A stretch of DNA of 64,000 nucleotides from Cetorhinus maximus. Its lineage: Eukaryota. Under the pieces are notes generated by a model. That model made no database searches and was not told the DNA's origin. It saw nothing but the letters and a program-made list of their open reading frames with translations. The stretch lies in assembly GCF_964194155.1 (NCBI RefSeq), contig NC_135880.1, positions 151,342,001-151,406,000 of the forward strand, read 5' to 3'. A program made the translations under genes and the position numbers. This document shows positions 61,385 through 64,000 of the stretch, in pieces. Position 1 is the stretch's first letter; each line of letters begins with the position of its first letter.

Positions 61385-63790
61385 CAATACTCAAGATGTG
61401 TAAGAAACATAGAGCGGTGATATTGGGAGAATTTAATTACCCAAATATCAATTGGGATATCATTAGAGTAAAGGGTAAGGAGGGGGAGGAATTTGTAACA
61501 TATATTCAGGAGAACTTTCATGACCAGTACATTCTCGGTCCAAATTGGAAGGAGGATCTGGGGTTGGGGAATAAGGTGGGCCAAGTGGACCAAGTGTTTG
61601 TGGGAAAACATTTGGGTAAGACTGATCACCATATCATAAGGTTTATGTCAGTAATGGTGAACAGCAAGGAACAATCTAAAGTAGAACTTCTAAATTTGAA
61701 GAGGGCTAACTTCTATGGGGTGAGAAGGGATCTAACAAAAGCCTGACAGGAAATTCTGTAACAGAACAATTGATGATCTTCAAGGAGATGGTTCAGATAC
61801 ATGTTAGGTACATTCCAACAAGGGGCAAGGTAGGGGAACCAAATCCAGGACTCCTTGGATTATGAGGGACATAGCGAATATGATCAAACAAAAATGAGAG
61901 TGCATGATGCATGTTAGGGACTATTATTCAAACGAGTACCAGGCCAAATAAGTTGAGAGAGGAAGTGAACAAGTTGAGAAGGGAAGCGAAAAGGAAAATA
62001 AGACTATCATAGAAATAATATTGGAATAAAATGGCAGTTACATAAAAGGGAATCCAAAAAGCTTCTACCAGTATGCAAGTAATGAGTGGGTAGTAAGAGG
62101 CGATTTGATTAGAGTGACATACGCTTAGAGGCGCAGCAGAGGATCCTGACTAAAAGCGCAGATGGTACAGGCAAGGGATGGGGTGGAAATTGATAGAATG
62201 AATGGACTGGAAAGGTTGGATATGTTTAAAATGGATCAGTCTCCTGCTTTGCATGGTTTGCATCCATGTTCCCAAGAGGGGGTGGAAAAATCAGAAAGGT
62301 TTTCCATTATCATCCACACTTATCAAGGTATGGGTGAGGTGCCACAGGTTTGGAGAGTGGCAAATGTGACATCCTTATTCAAGAAAAGGTGCAAGTACTA
62401 TCCAGAGTAACTACAGGCCACTCAGTTTAATATCAGTCGTGGGTAAGGTTTAAGGAATGAATAATTAAGGAAAGAATTAACAGGCACTTGGAGACGTGTG
62501 AGTTAATTAAAGCGACCCAGCAGGGATTTGTAAAAGGCAGATCATGGTTGACTAATCTAATTGATATTTTTGAATAAAAAATAGAGAAGGTTGATGAGGG
62601 AATTGTGGTGAATGTTGTCTATATGAATTTTCTGAAAGCGTTTGACAAAGTATGACATAAAAGTCCGGTTAAGAAAATTTTGGCTCATGGAATAGGAGGG
62701 TCAGTGTCAACTCTGATTTTTTTTTTTAAGGACAGAAAAAAGCGAGTCATGATAAACAGGTGTTTTTCAGACTGAAGGATGACAGTCAGTGAAGCTCCTA
62801 ACAGTCAGTGGAAGAACCACTACTTTTCTGATATAAATATGAATGACTTGGATATTGGAACACAGGATAAAATTTCAATATTTGCTGATGATACTGAACT
62901 TGGAGGTGTGGTGATGATACCAATTGACTACAACAGCACATAAATAGTCTAGCATAATGGGCACACAAGTGGTAGATAGAATTTTAATGCAGAGAAGTGT
63001 GAGGTGATGCATTTTTGCAGAATGGATATGGAGAGGCGGTACAGACTTAACGGCACAGTTCTGAAGAGTGTGCAGAGTAAAAGAAACTGGGGGTACATGT
63101 GCTTGGATCTTTGAAGGTGGCAAGATATATTAAGAAATTAGTAAAGCATTTGGGATCTTTAGCTCCATAAATTGAAGTATTGAGTACAAAAGCAGCTATG
63201 TTGTGCTGAACTTTCATAAAGTTCTGGTTAGGACACAGCTAGAGTATTGCGTCCAGTTCTAGTCACCACAATTTAAGAGGGAGGGACCTTGAGAGGGTGC
63301 AGAGGAGGTTTACCAAAATGGTTCCGAGATGAGGTATTTTAGCAATAAGGCTAGGTTGCTGAAGCTGAGGCCAATCTCCTTGGATCCAAGGAGGTTGAGG
63401 GGAGATCTGACAGAGGTGTGGAAGACAATGACAGCTTTTGATAACATAGACAAAGAAAAGTTGCCTCCATTAGTTGATGGCACAAGGACTAGAGGACATA
63501 GATTTAGTGTTTGAGCAAGAGGCACAAGGACTAGAGGACATAGATTTAGTGTTTGAGCAAGGGGTACAGGAGGATGTGAGGAAGAGCCTTATTGATGCAG
63601 CGAGTGGTAATGACCTGGAACTCGTTGCCTCAGATGGTGGAGGAGGTAAAAACAATCCGTGAAGGAAACTGCGTAGCCACTTAAGGTAAATGAACTTCCA
63701 GGGTTACAGATAGAGCTGGGGAATGGGACTGACTGGATTGCCCTTGAGAGCCAGCATGGACTTGATGGGTGAAATTGACTATTTCTCCGT
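61385..63790 (+). mobile_element. Decayed CR1 ORF2 + tail
   Basis: VILGEFNYPNINW, DHHIIRF, WRVANVTSLFKK, FADDTELGG, RRLRGDLTEV. Confidence 0.88.
63479..63561. repeat. Near-perfect 42-bp tandem duplication
   Basis: GGCACAAGGACTAGAGGACATAGATTTAGTGTTTGAGCAAG(A/G) twice, starting at 63479 and 63521. Confidence 0.95.
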
Positions 63791-64000
63791 CATTATGGCT
63801 CTATGACTGAGAGGATCTAATGGTGCCACAGTGCAAAGGAATAAGTTATAATTGCAAGAATGAAGTTGCCTTTATGTAGCACCATCCATATCTTCAGGGC
63901 ATCCAGGAGTGCTTTATAATCAAATGAAACACTTCACAAGTGAGATCACTACAATTTTGTTAAGAAACACTGCCAACTTGGACATTCTAAGTATGCACCA

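Overview
Vertebrate genomic DNA, most likely a cartilaginous fish (shark); this is inferred from the repeat repertoire, not from a database match. The only host coding sequence I can support is one 110-nt minus-strand exon (9355-9464) of the latrophilin gene ADGRL3, encoding the C-terminal half of its lectin domain. Everything else is therefore probably intron. The window is dominated by decayed, often nested mobile elements: hAT and Tigger/pogo transposase relics, many CR1 LINEs (one near full-length), a second APE-RT LINE family whose most complete copy starts with a tRNA-like cloverleaf and has no ORF1, L2 fragments, Deu-domain SINEs, two Penelope-like (PLE) families with minimal hammerhead-ribozyme motifs, a PIF/Harbinger family (a 3.3-kb element with an intron-containing Myb/SANT gene plus many MITEs with 3-bp TSDs and internal hairpins), a Gypsy LTR relic and a G-rich 23-bp minisatellite. 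I see no convincing new host multi-gene system. The best leads are the tRNA-headed LINE, the PLE hammerheads and twin-priming-type inversion, and the hairpin-bearing Harbinger MITEs. Repeat boundaries are approximate unless a TIR or TSD is cited.
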